This document shows positions 36,222 to 47,940 of a stretch of DNA of 64,000 bases, in pieces. Made by a program: the position numbers and the translations under genes. Positions within the stretch are counted from its first letter, which is position 1. Each line of letters starts with the position of its first letter. Below the pieces are notes generated by a model, which made no database searches, was not told the origin of the DNA, and saw only the letters and a program-made list of their open reading frames with translations. Origin of the DNA: Lama glama (lineage: Eukaryota); contig CM052829.1 of the NCBI GenBank assembly GCA_028534125.1, forward strand, positions 44,702,001 through 44,766,000, read 5' to 3'.

Positions 36222-36950
36222 CTCATTCATTCATTTCTCAGGCATTTATAGGGTCTCAGGTACATGACAGACATGGCGCTCTACTTAGCATAAGAACACT
36301 ACAATGACTAAGTCACACTTTATGTGCTTCAGCATCAAGAAGACATGTAATTAGATGAACAGGCTACAATAAGGTCAGTGCAATGAGGGCTGGGCCTGCA
36401 GAGGGAAGCAGCCCACGGGGCACTGGGACCCTTACCTGCCCTGAGGTCTGGTGGGCTATAGGAGGATCTTCAGAGAAGGTAGTGTGTGAGCTGAACTTGA
36501 AGGACGGGCAGCAGTTAGCTCGGCTGAGAGAAGGGTGAGCACAGCTCAGGCAGAGAGGGCAGCAGAGCGAAGGCACAGAGGTGGGGAGGAGCGTGGAGCT
36601 GGAGGAAGGCAAGCACGTTGGCAGAGTATCCAGCGTGAGCCGGAGTCTGGAGAAGAAGACAGGCACTGAGAGTCTTAGATGGACCTTCAGTGACGGGAAA
36701 CTCCAAAAGGTTATAAACAGGAGGATGACATAATAGATTTAGGTGGTAGATGGATCACCCCTTGGCAATGGTCTGCAGGGATAAATTAGCAGAGGCCAGA
36801 TTAGAATCAGAGGAACAAGTTGGAGACAGCAGGCAAAATTCAGAGGAGAGACCCTGAAGGCCCAGGGTGGGGGCAATGATAGGACTGATGGAGAAAAGGG
36901 GCGGGATTACAGTCATATTTTGAAGAATGATGTGGAGCTATTTAGATGAC
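36222..36950 (-). mobile_element. L2 LINE fragment
   Basis: tcattcattcatt...gagctgaacttgaaggacggg...gttataaacaggaggatgacataatagatttagg...ggactgatggagaaaagggg. Confidence 0.8.
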
Positions 36951-38621
36951 AACCAATTCAGAGCATCCATTGCTGTATTGGTCCATTTGATTCTCCCAGC
37001 ACAAACTGCAGGATGAAAACATTACCTGCTCTGTGTTCACAGATTTGCATCATTAAGATAGTACTTGCCCCTCATTTTACAGGATGATGTGCAAGTTGAA
37101 AGAGGGACACTGGCGCCCCACATTCCAAGAGGCTCATTCACTGATACTCATCAGCTTTGGAAGCTCTGAGTAAATTCTTTCCAGTCTCACTCTGTCATCC
37201 CTTATGCATTCTAAAAGTGCTTTTGTGGAGAAGTGTGTGCCACCGAACGGAACTCATGCCATTGGCCGCATAGATTTTCAGTTTTCAACAGAAAGAGCTG
37301 ATTCACAGCCAGGGACAGCAAGCAATCACTTCAGTGCAGGCATCTGCAACTCTCTTGCAAATGAGTCAGAAACCGAGGGCTGGATTTTCCCTTATGAAAG
37401 GCAGATGCCTTTCAAGTTCAGAGGGCACATTCATGGCACAGTGAGATTGCCCCCAGTTCTCTGGAACTGAAGGCGGTTGGTAAGATTTGGCCTGCCACGA
37501 CAGCAAGGGTTCCACCAGAGGACCAGCACTTGCCCTCAGGAATCTCCAGAGAAGCGTGAGGCTGCTGTCCCAGCTAAAGCTCTGAGGTCCGAATGGCATT
37601 TACAGGGGTCTGTGATTTATACAGATCTATGTAAGATTGAAAGCACTCTATGAAAACTGCTCCTATAATTACATTTCCTAAGAATTACTAGGGATTAGAA
37701 TGTCACTATTCTCAGACACTCGGGCACACAGTTTTCTATAAACAGTTTATACAGAAATAAAGGAGCAGGAATGATCAGTTGCCAATTTGTGTTCGCTTTT
37801 TCATACAGAGGCTCACTCTGGCCAATTCCGTCTGATTTATGTACCAACTGCCTGTAGCCAGCTGGCCGACAGTCATCCTGACTCCTTAGCACTTTTAGAG
37901 CATTTTAAAAGTAAGCCCTAATAAAAGGCTTCCTTTCTGTTATCCCCGTCCTTTGGGATGACGAAAATTCCCCACAGAAATTGTGCACATTTCACAAAAT
38001 CCATAAATCCTAGGGGTGACGTTTTAATGTCCTGAAGTCAGTGCATGATAAATGTCTCTTGTTGTAAGTTAAAGCCTTTCTGGGATGTGTTGACCTTTGA
38101 AGTGTCTCCAACAGATAGGTTTTCTCTCTTATTCAAGAATACTATACATTGGTTTTAATTCTGTTAACCCCAAATTTATGATCAAAATTCTTCTGAAATG
38201 TTTGGCTTATTTAATAGCCTGAGATGATGCTCAAATTTAGTGACGTGAATCACTTTTTTCCCCTAACACTGAAGAATTAAAAACCAAATATCACTTTGAG
38301 GAGGGGAGTATATTATAAGTGAATACGTTAGAGAAATTATAATGGGCATAAGAATTAAGTAACGCACATTGTTTAATATCGATACTTGGCTGTGTCAGCC
38401 TATACACACACATACTTCTGAGTACTGACACTGGGCAAAGTTTGTACAGCAGTGAGCCCAACAGGTGCGGTCTCTGCCCTGTTTGGGTTTTTGTACTTTC
38501 AGGTTAAACACCCTTTAGTCCAACTGAAAGATATTCTTGTATCAAAATTTAAAACGGAGACACGGAACTAAGCAGTGCAATTCCACCTATGCAAAAAATA
38601 TATACATGAGCGTAAACCAGT

Positions 38622-39374
38622 GTAGAGAAAAGGGAANNNNNNNNNNNNNNNNNNNNNNNNNNNNNNNNNNNNNNNNNNNNNNNNNNNNNNNNNNNNNNNN
38701 NNNNNNNNNNNNNNNNNNNNNNNNNNNNNNNNNNNNNNNNNNNNNNNNNNNNNNNNNNNNNNNNNNNNNNCCCTAATTCAAAAAGTTACATCCACCCCAA
38801 TGTTCATAGCAGCACTATATACAATAGCCAAGACGTGGAAGCAACCTAAAGGTCCATCGAGAGATGACTGGGTAAANNNNNNNNNNNNNNNNNNNNNNNN
38901 NNNNNNNNNNNNNNNNNNNNNNNNNNNNNNNNNNNNNNNNNNNNNNNNNNNNNNNNNNNNNNNNNNNNNNNNNNNNNNNNNNNNNNNNNNNNNNNNNNNN
39001 NNNNNNNNNNNNNNNNNNNNNNNNNNNNNNNNNNNNNNNNNNNNNNNNNNNNNNNNNNNNTGAACTTATCTACAAAACAGAAACAGACTCACAGACATAG
39101 AAAACAAACTTATAGCTACCAGGGGGGAAATGGGATGGGAAGGGATAAATTGGGAGTTCAAGATTTGCAGATACTAACTACTATATATAAAATAGATGAA
39201 CAAGTTTCTACTGTACAGCACAGGGAACTATATTCAATATCTTATAGTACCCTATAACAAAAAAAAGAATACGAAAAGGAATATATGTATGTATATGTAT
39301 GACTGAAACATTATGCTATACACCAGAAATTGATACAATATTGTAAACTGACTACACTCCAACTAAAAGAAAAA
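38622..39374 (+). mobile_element. 5'-truncated cetartiodactyl-type L1 with TSD, nested in an old L1ME-like 3' UTR
   Basis: MFIAALYTIAKTWKQPK ORF2 motif; 3' UTR tgaacttatctacaaaacagaaacagactcacagacatag...; TSD GTAAACCAGT at 38612-38621 and 39375-39384. Confidence 0.9.
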
Positions 39375-39384
39375 GTAAACCAGT

Positions 39385-39870
39385 ACACATATGCACACAC
39401 TTGTATGTGCTTTAAAGACATTCGAAAGACCAGAGGAATACTGTAGGATGAGGAGAGAAGGAAAACATTTCTATTTTCAATGTATATATCTCTGTATTCT
39501 GTGCTTTAACTTTACATTTTGTACATCTGTGTACAACTTATCATTTTAAAGAAATCTAGGCTTAAGAACCAAACAAGGAGTCAAGGTATATCTTTATAAA
39601 CAAACGTGAAAAGGTATATTATTGAATAGAATGAAAAGCAATTTATAAGTGTATCAAGGAAGATTCCATCCTTGGAAAAAACAGATAAATAGAGGATAGA
39701 TAGAGGGGAAATTGAGGGTATAAAACAAACTGCTATCAAAAGTTGTCGTCCCTCTGGGGATGTGCTGAAAGAGAAGGACTCTCATTTCCTCTGAGACACA
39801 TTTCTGTGACATTTGACTGTTTTTTCGGTGAGCATGAATTGATAGAAAAATAATTTTTTAATAAGAAAAA
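39385..39870 (+). mobile_element. Old L1ME-like 3' UTR remnants
   Basis: ttttcaatgtatatatctctgtattctg; aaacaaactgctatcaaaagttgtcgtccctctggg...ggtgagcatgaatt. Confidence 0.5.
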
Positions 39871-39961
39871 CATTGTGATATGCCTTATGCCAAGCAACTT
39901 CAGGAAATTCTTCATTTAAGTGATAAAAATAACTTAGAGAATATTAAAGCAAAGGAAAAAA

Positions 39962-40016
39962 GCATACGCACGCGCACACACACACACACACACACACCCC
40001 CCCAACACACACACAC
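39962..40016. repeat. Compound (CG/CA)n microsatellite
   Basis: gcatacgcacgcgc(ac)n, C-run, (ac)n. Confidence 0.9.
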
Positions 40017-40369
40017 TTTTTTCCCTTTCCAGTAAAGGACTGTAAGCACAAACCTTCACCCAGTACTAGATTTTCCAAACCCTTGTAATTCTCTTTTGCC
40101 CTTTAAAGTCCTAAATCAGAGAGGCCTTCCTACAACAATCCAGGTTTGGCCCCTCTGTGGGGGAGTCACAGGGAAAGGCCTGGATGAGATGCTGTTCAGC
40201 AGTGCAAATTTAGATTCCTCAGTGCCACCTTTCCACAGCCACACCACCAGGAAAGGATATTTGGTTTGTCCGAGGGGCAAATTCCTTTCTGTCCTTAACC
40301 CTTCAGCTTGACCTTGAGCCCCAAGCCTTTGCTATCAAATGGGCTCATTGAGATGCAGCAAGCTGATTC

Positions 40370-41006
40370 AGTTTTCGTTTTACTTTCGGGCACTCATTTG
40401 AAGGTTTTCATTTTGAATTGGCCCGAATCTGCGTCTCAGACCCACACACAGCCAGCGGCAAGCTCTCGCACGGTGGAGACGGTCTAGGCAGGCCTGTCTG
40501 TACTTTCACTTCCCACCCAGATTCCTGAGTACAAACCGATGGGCGATTGCGTCAGCTTCGCCAAGGCAGACCAATTAGACAATCCTGAAATCCCCTTGAT
40601 GACACAGCACACATGAAAGCCTGTTTGTACCATATCACATGGCTAAATTTAGATGTAGTCTGGCTATTTCACAGAAAAAGCTCTTGAAAACAGGCAAAGA
40701 GATCGATCCAAGGACACAAAAAACCCTGCCTGGGCTGGTTCATCTTCACTTACTTTGTAATGCAGACAGAGGAGGAGCTCATTCCAACCTCAGCCAGCTG
40801 CAAAGGAGTCCTTGTTTCTGTGAAGTTACTCTGGAGAAGGAAGTGCCTTCTAGGTGCTGGGAAGCTGGTGTCTGCCAAGCCCACACAAGATGTAATTGGC
40901 ATCCTGAAAAACAAGGAGTCAGTTACCCAGCACCGAGTTACTGACAGTATCCTGTGCGTGCTGATAACAGGGCAGATAACGAGCACAGGAATAAAATCAG
41001 TTATCG
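40370..41006. promoter_or_regulatory. Candidate enhancer (ETS-IRF composite, IRF-like, C/EBP-ATF-like, GATA cluster)
   Basis: ACTTTCACTTCC 40502-40513; AGTTTTCGTTTTACTTTC 40370-40387; about 12 CpG in 190 bp; TGATAA, AGATAA and TTATCG at 40962-41006. Confidence 0.45.
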
Positions 41007-42294
41007 CCAAAGGGAGACGAATCCATAGCCAAAGTATTAGTAATACCAAGGGCATCATTCACGTTATTCATTAAGTACTTGGAACACATGCATCATAGGC
41101 CTTTTAATCCATGTGAAAACTGGACTTTTAGGACATGCTGTGGCCTGTAAACTGTGGCATTGCCAATGTTTTTAGTCATTGAAACCAACAAGAGCAACAT
41201 TATCCATCTGAGACTACTTGGTGTTTTGGAGGCTGTCATAGATTCTCTTTTCCACGGAGAGATGCAACAAACTATCTGGGCATGTTAACCAGTGTTAACG
41301 TGTTTTCTTTTAGAAGAGCTTATCTTCTCTAGAGTCTTTTGAAATCTTTTAATTTACAGAATAGAGTCTTTCCACTCCTTCCAAACTATGGGGCTAGAGA
41401 GCTACAATCTAAGATGGACTGAAAACTCTTCAAGACAGCGCCTTGCAGCTCTTCACCCAGTGATGAGTTGATGGATAAAATCTCGAAGGGGTGAAGAGAA
41501 ATACAGGTAAGGCTGAGGATAAAGGGGGCAGAGTGGAACACAGGATGGAAATCCAAACAGCTTTGGAAGACATGGAAGTCCAAGTTGTTCCAAGAGATGA
41601 CTGGTGACCAGAAATGTATACAAGAAAAAAACCAACAGCAGCAAAAAGAATCCCCCAGTGCTTTGCTGAGGGTGTCGGTTACTGAGGTCCTCTTTCCCGC
41701 CCATCATTCAGGAAGGCGCTGGAGCCAGCTGAATTCATGTGCACCGAAACAGAGATTTTGCATTCCAAATCCATAAATTCACTTCAAATTTAGTCTCAAA
41801 GCACTGAAGTGAATTACATAAATGAGGGGGGGGTGGGAAATGGAGTCCAAAGAGAAGAAAAAGAAATGAATTAAATAAGGAAGTAAAAAATAGTCATAGA
41901 GAAAATTATCATGAAAAATTGGATATAATTATATAGCTTTATGTGTGTGTTATTTTATGTTAATAATAATATTTATGTTGGTTAAACACGGCACTTTTTA
42001 TCAATATCTCAATTTTCAATACATGACTCTTTTAAAGATCAGTTTATCCCGAAGTCCTGATTTTCAGAACTATCCCGTCTGCGTTGTTCAGATTTGTCTT
42101 GTCTACCCTGAAGTTTCTAACAATCAAACTTTCGGGTTCCATTCATAGGTCTGTTGCTTCAGCCATATCTCTAAAATGAGAAGAAACCAGGGAATGGGTG
42201 AAAACAATTTGAAAATGAATTTGCCAGTTTAAAAGAAAAATGCCATAATTCAAAATACGAGATGAATCAAAGGGAGGCATTGCTCAGAAAGAAA

Positions 42295-42295
<1 letters not shown>

Positions 42296-42330
<35 letters not shown>
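42296..42330 (+). repeat. (CA)n microsatellite
   Basis: about 16 CA units. Confidence 0.95.
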
Positions 42331-42332
<2 letters not shown>

Positions 42333-42670
42333 AAAAGAAAACTGTATAATTAGGCAAGTTTGTTCACTTTCCAACAACAAATGACTCATTCATCAGTTCA
42401 TATGCCACATATAGTACACAACTTGAATATAAAATGGTATTTACCTTTCAACAACAGCAACAAAAGCCCCTGAGGTCTCGCATTACCTCAGTTTTCCCTT
42501 AAGTTTCTCAACGTGCTAAACCAGTCTGTTGCTCATCAGAATAGCTGATCTGCAGCACGTGAATAGACGAGGAAAAGCAACCAATTATTTTTCTGCTTTG
42601 CACAAATGACAGCTACAGTCACTCTTCTCGCCCAAGGCACTTCCCCCTGTCCCTTTCACTGGGAGCTGAT

Positions 42671-42695
42671 AGACAGACAGACAGACAGACAGACA
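42671..42695 (+). repeat. (GACA)n microsatellite
   Basis: about 6 units. Confidence 0.9.
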
Positions 42696-43459
42696 AATAG
42701 TTCTAAAGAAATAATTATTCAAAAGCTTCCTGCAGAGCTGAGTATGGACCAAGTGTCGACTGAAATTTTAGAAGGAAGGTTCTAGAAGAATGTGGCAAAT
42801 AATGACTCAACGATTACTTCAGGAAGAGACCTGCTGCCTCATGTTTGGGGTCTGCTGGTTGGGTCTTATTCTGAGGGGAGAGGCTTGATGATAATTTAAG
42901 CTTTTTTTGTCAGAGCTCTTCCCATAGGAGTAGGGGAAGGACTTTGTGTCTCCGGATGGTCTCTGTGACCTCACACTCTCTGGCTTCTGGGTCAAAAATG
43001 TCTGGCTTTTATGTTATTAAAGTGCACAAAAGATGAATAAGTGAGGAGATTTCTCAGCTTCATATTTATGCATGAAGCAAAACCAGAACATGTCAATATT
43101 GCTCAATGCTATGTTGTGAGTATACTCGTGTTTGTTACATTTCTTACTATACCTTTCCATATTTTTTAACTTTTAAAACAAAGACAAATAAATTCATAAA
43201 ATAAGCTTCATATTTCTACAAAAAAATATTTTACTTCATGAGTCAATGAAATAAACATCCTAATGTTTTTTCATGAGGAAAAGTTTGCCATGAGTATTCC
43301 ATTTCTAGAACTAAGGCAGAAGTTTCTTGTGTAGAGTAGCTGCCAGACATTTGCTGTTTGAGATCAGGAAATATTAAAGTGTATTTAAAAGTACATAAAT
43401 AAAATCATACAGGAGGATTAAGAACTTAAATGAAAACTCTCAACCTGAAAAAATGAAAG

Positions 43460-43665
43460 AAATCTGGATTTTTAGTCTAAGTTCTGCTGCTAACTTACTA
43501 TTTGAACTTGGCAAATGTCTTAGCTTCAGCTAGGTCTCAGTTTTCTAATTTAAAAGTGGAGGTGAGGTGATAATGCCTTTTGAACTAACGCACTTGGGTT
43601 TTGTGAAGGAGGGATGTGTAAAACTGCTTTTGAAGAACAAAACACTATTTGAATGTTAGGTAGTC
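43460..43665 (+). mobile_element. MIR SINE
   Basis: tctgctgctaacttactatttgaacttggcaaatg...gtctcagttttctaatttaaaagtgga...gtaaaactgcttt. Confidence 0.7.
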
Positions 43666-45729
43666 TTATGAAAAAAAGAGAGTGCTTTCTTCTGATTTCT
43701 TTCTCTCACAAATGCCATTAGTAAAAATTGTGGTTAGAGTGAAACTGGCGTAAAAAGAACATTCGTGATCTATGCACTGCCAATTACAGTGTGGCTTCTG
43801 GGCATTTAATGAGTTTTATGTGATGGTCATGATCCACCTTGATACACAAAGAGATTCATTCTCTCAAGCCTTGATTGTAGAGTGACTTCCTCTTTCCATG
43901 GTGGAATTTTACTGGACCTGACATCCAGATGGAAAAAGGACAAATGTTCCAGAAGTGTTGGATAGATCCGCTCTAACTGTGATTTAAATGTGTGGTGATT
44001 AATGTCCCCGATGCACATACTATCTAATTTGTAGTCTTTTGAACTGAAGGTTGCCCTAACCACATTCCACTGGTTTCCCTCTTACGACAAACTCACTCAT
44101 ACTGTTGGGCAAAACCGTTGTTCAAGGGGCATTTTCCGTCACAGATGTGGCAGAGTATCCTCGTTCTCAGCCGAGAACAGCAGCCGGTTCTAACATCCTG
44201 GGAAAATAGTCAATTTAGCCTGTGATTCATGTTGGAATCATGCATTGCTTTCTAGTAAGAGATTCCTTGGAGTTGTGTCTACAGTTTAATAGCAGATGAC
44301 TTTTACAAGAACATTTTGCTGAACAAAAATTCCCTTTGTAACTTTTAGAAATTGAGTTTGCACAAGAGTGCCTGCATAGCACAGACATTACTGAAGAGTG
44401 GCCAAATCCAAGCGCAGTCCTCTCTCATAATTTTCCAACTCTTGAATAATACTATTTGAAACTGAGGTTGAGATGCCACTACTCTCAAATGTGGTTTTTT
44501 GTTCTGAGGTGATTTATTTTCCTCCCTGCAGTCTATCACATTTTACATCCTGGGAAGAGAACCACTGACCTCCACTCAGAGAACATTTTTAATGATCTGG
44601 GTAGTTCTTGAGATGCTTTATGTCTTATGACTAAGCAACAGACTTGAAAACACAGGCATTGTGGAGATTCCCAGAACTTCCCTTAAGCTGTTACGAAAGT
44701 CTCAGTTTTCTCGTGCTGTCCTTACACCTCAGTTTTCTCACCTGGAAAACTGGAGAACAGTGCTCATCAGCAGCACAGAGCTATCCTCTAGCTTTAGGTG
44801 GGGAATGTCTACCAGGAGAAAGTGCTACCAGAGAATTCATCAAAGTATTTGATTTTGTGGGGTCAAATATTTGTGTGGTCAGTCCTAGCATTTTGGCAGT
44901 TTTATTTAGGAGAAAGTATTTAAGAATGGGAAAATGTGTTCTTTAAAAATTTGTAGAGAAGAAAAGCAAGCCTTTCGGCTGTGTTGAGGTAACCAGTAAC
45001 TCTGTCGGATGAGGGACCAATCTCCCTGTAGGAAATGGCTGACTCTGGAGACATGTCCACAGGGGCTTGCACCTCACATCACTAACACGGTTTCAGTAGC
45101 ACATAGATACTTTTGGTGACCTTGGTACCTACAAAATTAAGGCTTGTGGAGGTTTGGGGCTGTGTCTTAGTAGATGGGAAACAGGATAGGAAATAGAATC
45201 AGGACCAAGTTTCCATTTTCCTGTGTCTCAGGCTTGTATGGGTATTTCATATCAGGGCTCCAGAAAGCATCTTTTGTAAACCTTGAAAAGAAAGCATAAG
45301 TATTTCCTCAGACACATGTAGTGTGGTCCAGCTCCCTCGTGTCACCATGTCACCATGCAAGGTGGTTGAATTTCTATGGGATGATATACAACCTGGAGTC
45401 ATTGTAGCTTGTCTCATATGAAATTCTGAAACACTGCTAAACGATCGATGTACAAGAGGCAGGCAAAGCAGACGTGAGAGGAGATCTGGTAGAAGTGAGG
45501 CATGGATTCTTCCCTGACTCTCCTCCTTCATAAGGCTGAGTTAGGAGCCTTTCCTCTGGACGCCGCAGCCCCCTGCACTCCCCTCCGTCCTCTGTACTCG
45601 CTGCCCTGCTCGGTAGACTTGTTTCCTTTACTAAACCGAGAGAATCTTACCATAAAGCCAGCACACAGTGGAGCGGCAACAACTAGAAGGTCTCCTTTTT
45701 CTTCCTTTGTCCTCCTCTCTTATTACTTT

Positions 45730-45965
45730 AATTCATTCATTCTTTTATCCAACAAATATTTTTGAGCACCTACTGTGTGCCAGCCACATGAATGTATTAT
45801 CATATTTAATCTTTACAACTCCACCATCACTCCCCTGTTCAAGATAAGGGAATAAGAAGCGAGATCACTTGCTCCAGTTCAGAGAGGAGAAAAAAAAAAA
45901 GGAGGAAACCAGGATTTAAAATTAGATCTCTCTGGCATCAAAGTCAGTGCTTTTTCTCTTCCATC
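45730..45965 (-). mobile_element. L2 tail / MIR fragments
   Basis: ttcattcattc..caacaaatatttttgagcacctactgtgtgccag then atcatatttaatctttacaac...ccaggatttaaa. Confidence 0.65.
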
Positions 45966-47711
45966 AGGCTATTTCCCAGGCCTAAGTGGTTACATAAAAG
46001 GCAACGGAAATGGAAGTAATGCTTAAGGAAGAGTATGGATGGGTTCTTTATCTGAAAGGATCTGGGTGGTAATCCAGAGATACCGGACAAGGTGACTGAC
46101 AAACACAAAATGACATATGTCACAGCACTTCCTAAAGTATTTGGCAAACTTGTAAATAACCAGCGTCGCAGTCAGTTCTGTAAAGTGGAGACTAAATACG
46201 GCGTAAGGCTTTCAAGGAGACAACACGACAAGGCAGAGCCTGGGGAGGGGACTTCAGTCAGGGCTGGAAACCAGAACACAGTTTCGGGGAAAAGATTTCT
46301 AAGTAAAAAAGGCTGATCTCTCCAGCTGGGAGAGGAGAATTCAAGACTCAGAGGAACAGGTACCAATTAACATTTGGCAGGAAGGCAAAAAAAGCCTCAG
46401 GAAAATGCCAAGGATTTCATCAGGATCAACTTGTACAAGAATGTTAAGTTCAAGATCACCAGATGGCATTTTCTGAGGTACCTGGTATTATAAACAGAGA
46501 TTTCCGATACAGGCATTTCCTCAGAGACAAAGGAAAAGTCACAGATTTTTATTTGAGGACTGACAAGTGGCACCGGAGGAGGCCACACACACGTGACCAT
46601 GCCTTGAGGACATGGAGACATCCAGAGGTAAACCAGACAAGGAGGCGGATTCCCTTCTTCTGCCTGGATTTGTTTTCTTTGGTCTCCTTGAGGCTTACTG
46701 GTAATAGCCAAGCTCGAAAAAATAAACTTTTGGTATCTGTTTTAGGAAACACACTTTTCATGTTTCTTTCCAGAAACCATCCTTTTATGAGACTGGAAAC
46801 GCTGCTATCATTTTGCCTATCAGAGGAGAGAAGATTAAGATTTTCTCTTGGCTAATGTACGGGATAAGCAGAAAGCTTTTGAAGCTCTTTGAGTCATTTG
46901 GAAGAAAGCACGAGGGAAATTTATTTTCATTCTTGTTCACAAGCAGGCAACATTTTTCAGGATGCTAAAAGTAGGGCATTTGTTGCTCTGCTGTATACAC
47001 AAAAGTCTCCTGTATCTGTGTCCCTTCCCTACGCATTTCCTTTGCCGTCCGCCTCCCCAGCCTACCCCTTCAGCCTGCACCAGCCTGGAACATCTTCTTA
47101 TATCTTCTTTGTTCCCTTTCTAGCTCCCACCGCTCTGCATTCTTCCATATGGCTCCATATGCTTCAAATAAAAGCCCATTGTCCATCTGACAAGTCACTT
47201 TTCTCTGTCTTTCATATTCCTCCTTATGAGTCACATCCCCTGGAAGTCCATCTTCCTTTCAGAGTGTCTTTCTTTCTGAACCACTTCCGATCCTGAAATG
47301 ATGAAGAAAATCACAACAATACGTATTTTCCTGACTTCTTGTCACGTAAACATTCTCAGAAGACTTCCTCTCAGAGATTTTCCATCCTTTTCCTTTTATG
47401 ATGTCTTTGGAGGGGCTGTAATATGTCCAAGGGGCAGGGAAGCTTCGGGATTTTGCTTTGTACACTTCCTAACATGCTTGTGAGGTTCTTGCAGGTCACT
47501 GAGGATATGAGTATGGTAGCTGTAGTAGAAAAAAGTGAGAAAACAGTAGACATGCAAAAGCACATTTATGTATAAAAGGCATTGAAAAGTTCAAAGGAGC
47601 CGATCATATTTCAGAACACACATGCCGTGAGAAAGATCTAGAGGGAGCTGTCTTTCACTGAGAGGAGACAGACTCTGCTGTAGACAAGACCAATCTTCCA
47701 CTGGCCAAGGC

Positions 47712-47730
47712 GGGGAGGGGAGGGGAGGGG
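47712..47730 (+). repeat. (GGGGA)4, G4-capable
   Basis: GGGGAGGGGAGGGGAGGGG. Confidence 0.8.
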
Positions 47731-47739
47731 AGGCAGAAA

Positions 47740-47940
47740 TAAGACACATCTAGGTTTGAATCCCAGCTTCACCCCTTACTAACAGCTTAACCTCTCAAAG
47801 CCTCAGACTTGGCTTCTGTAAAATGGGAATAATAATCTAACTCGTGGCCTTGCTGTGAGGTTTAAGTGAGGTAGTGCCTGTGAGTTGTTCTTCGGGGTGA
47901 CTGCTACAAGCTAAATGCTCAAGAAATGAGAACTGTGATT
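47740..47940 (+). mobile_element. MIR SINE
   Basis: ggtttgaatcccagcttcacc..cttaacctctcaaagcctcag..ctgtaaaatgggaataata..gtgaggtttaagtgag. Confidence 0.85.

Noticed and set aside
40639-41074. Three overlapping ~100-aa ORFs on both strands
   Set aside because: No recognisable domain or splice frame; better explained as chance in a regulatory-like block
46395-46855. ENAKDFIR peptide (kinase-like) and 130-aa ORF
   Set aside because: Similarity limited to a few residues, closed by a nearby stop, with no other kinase motifs
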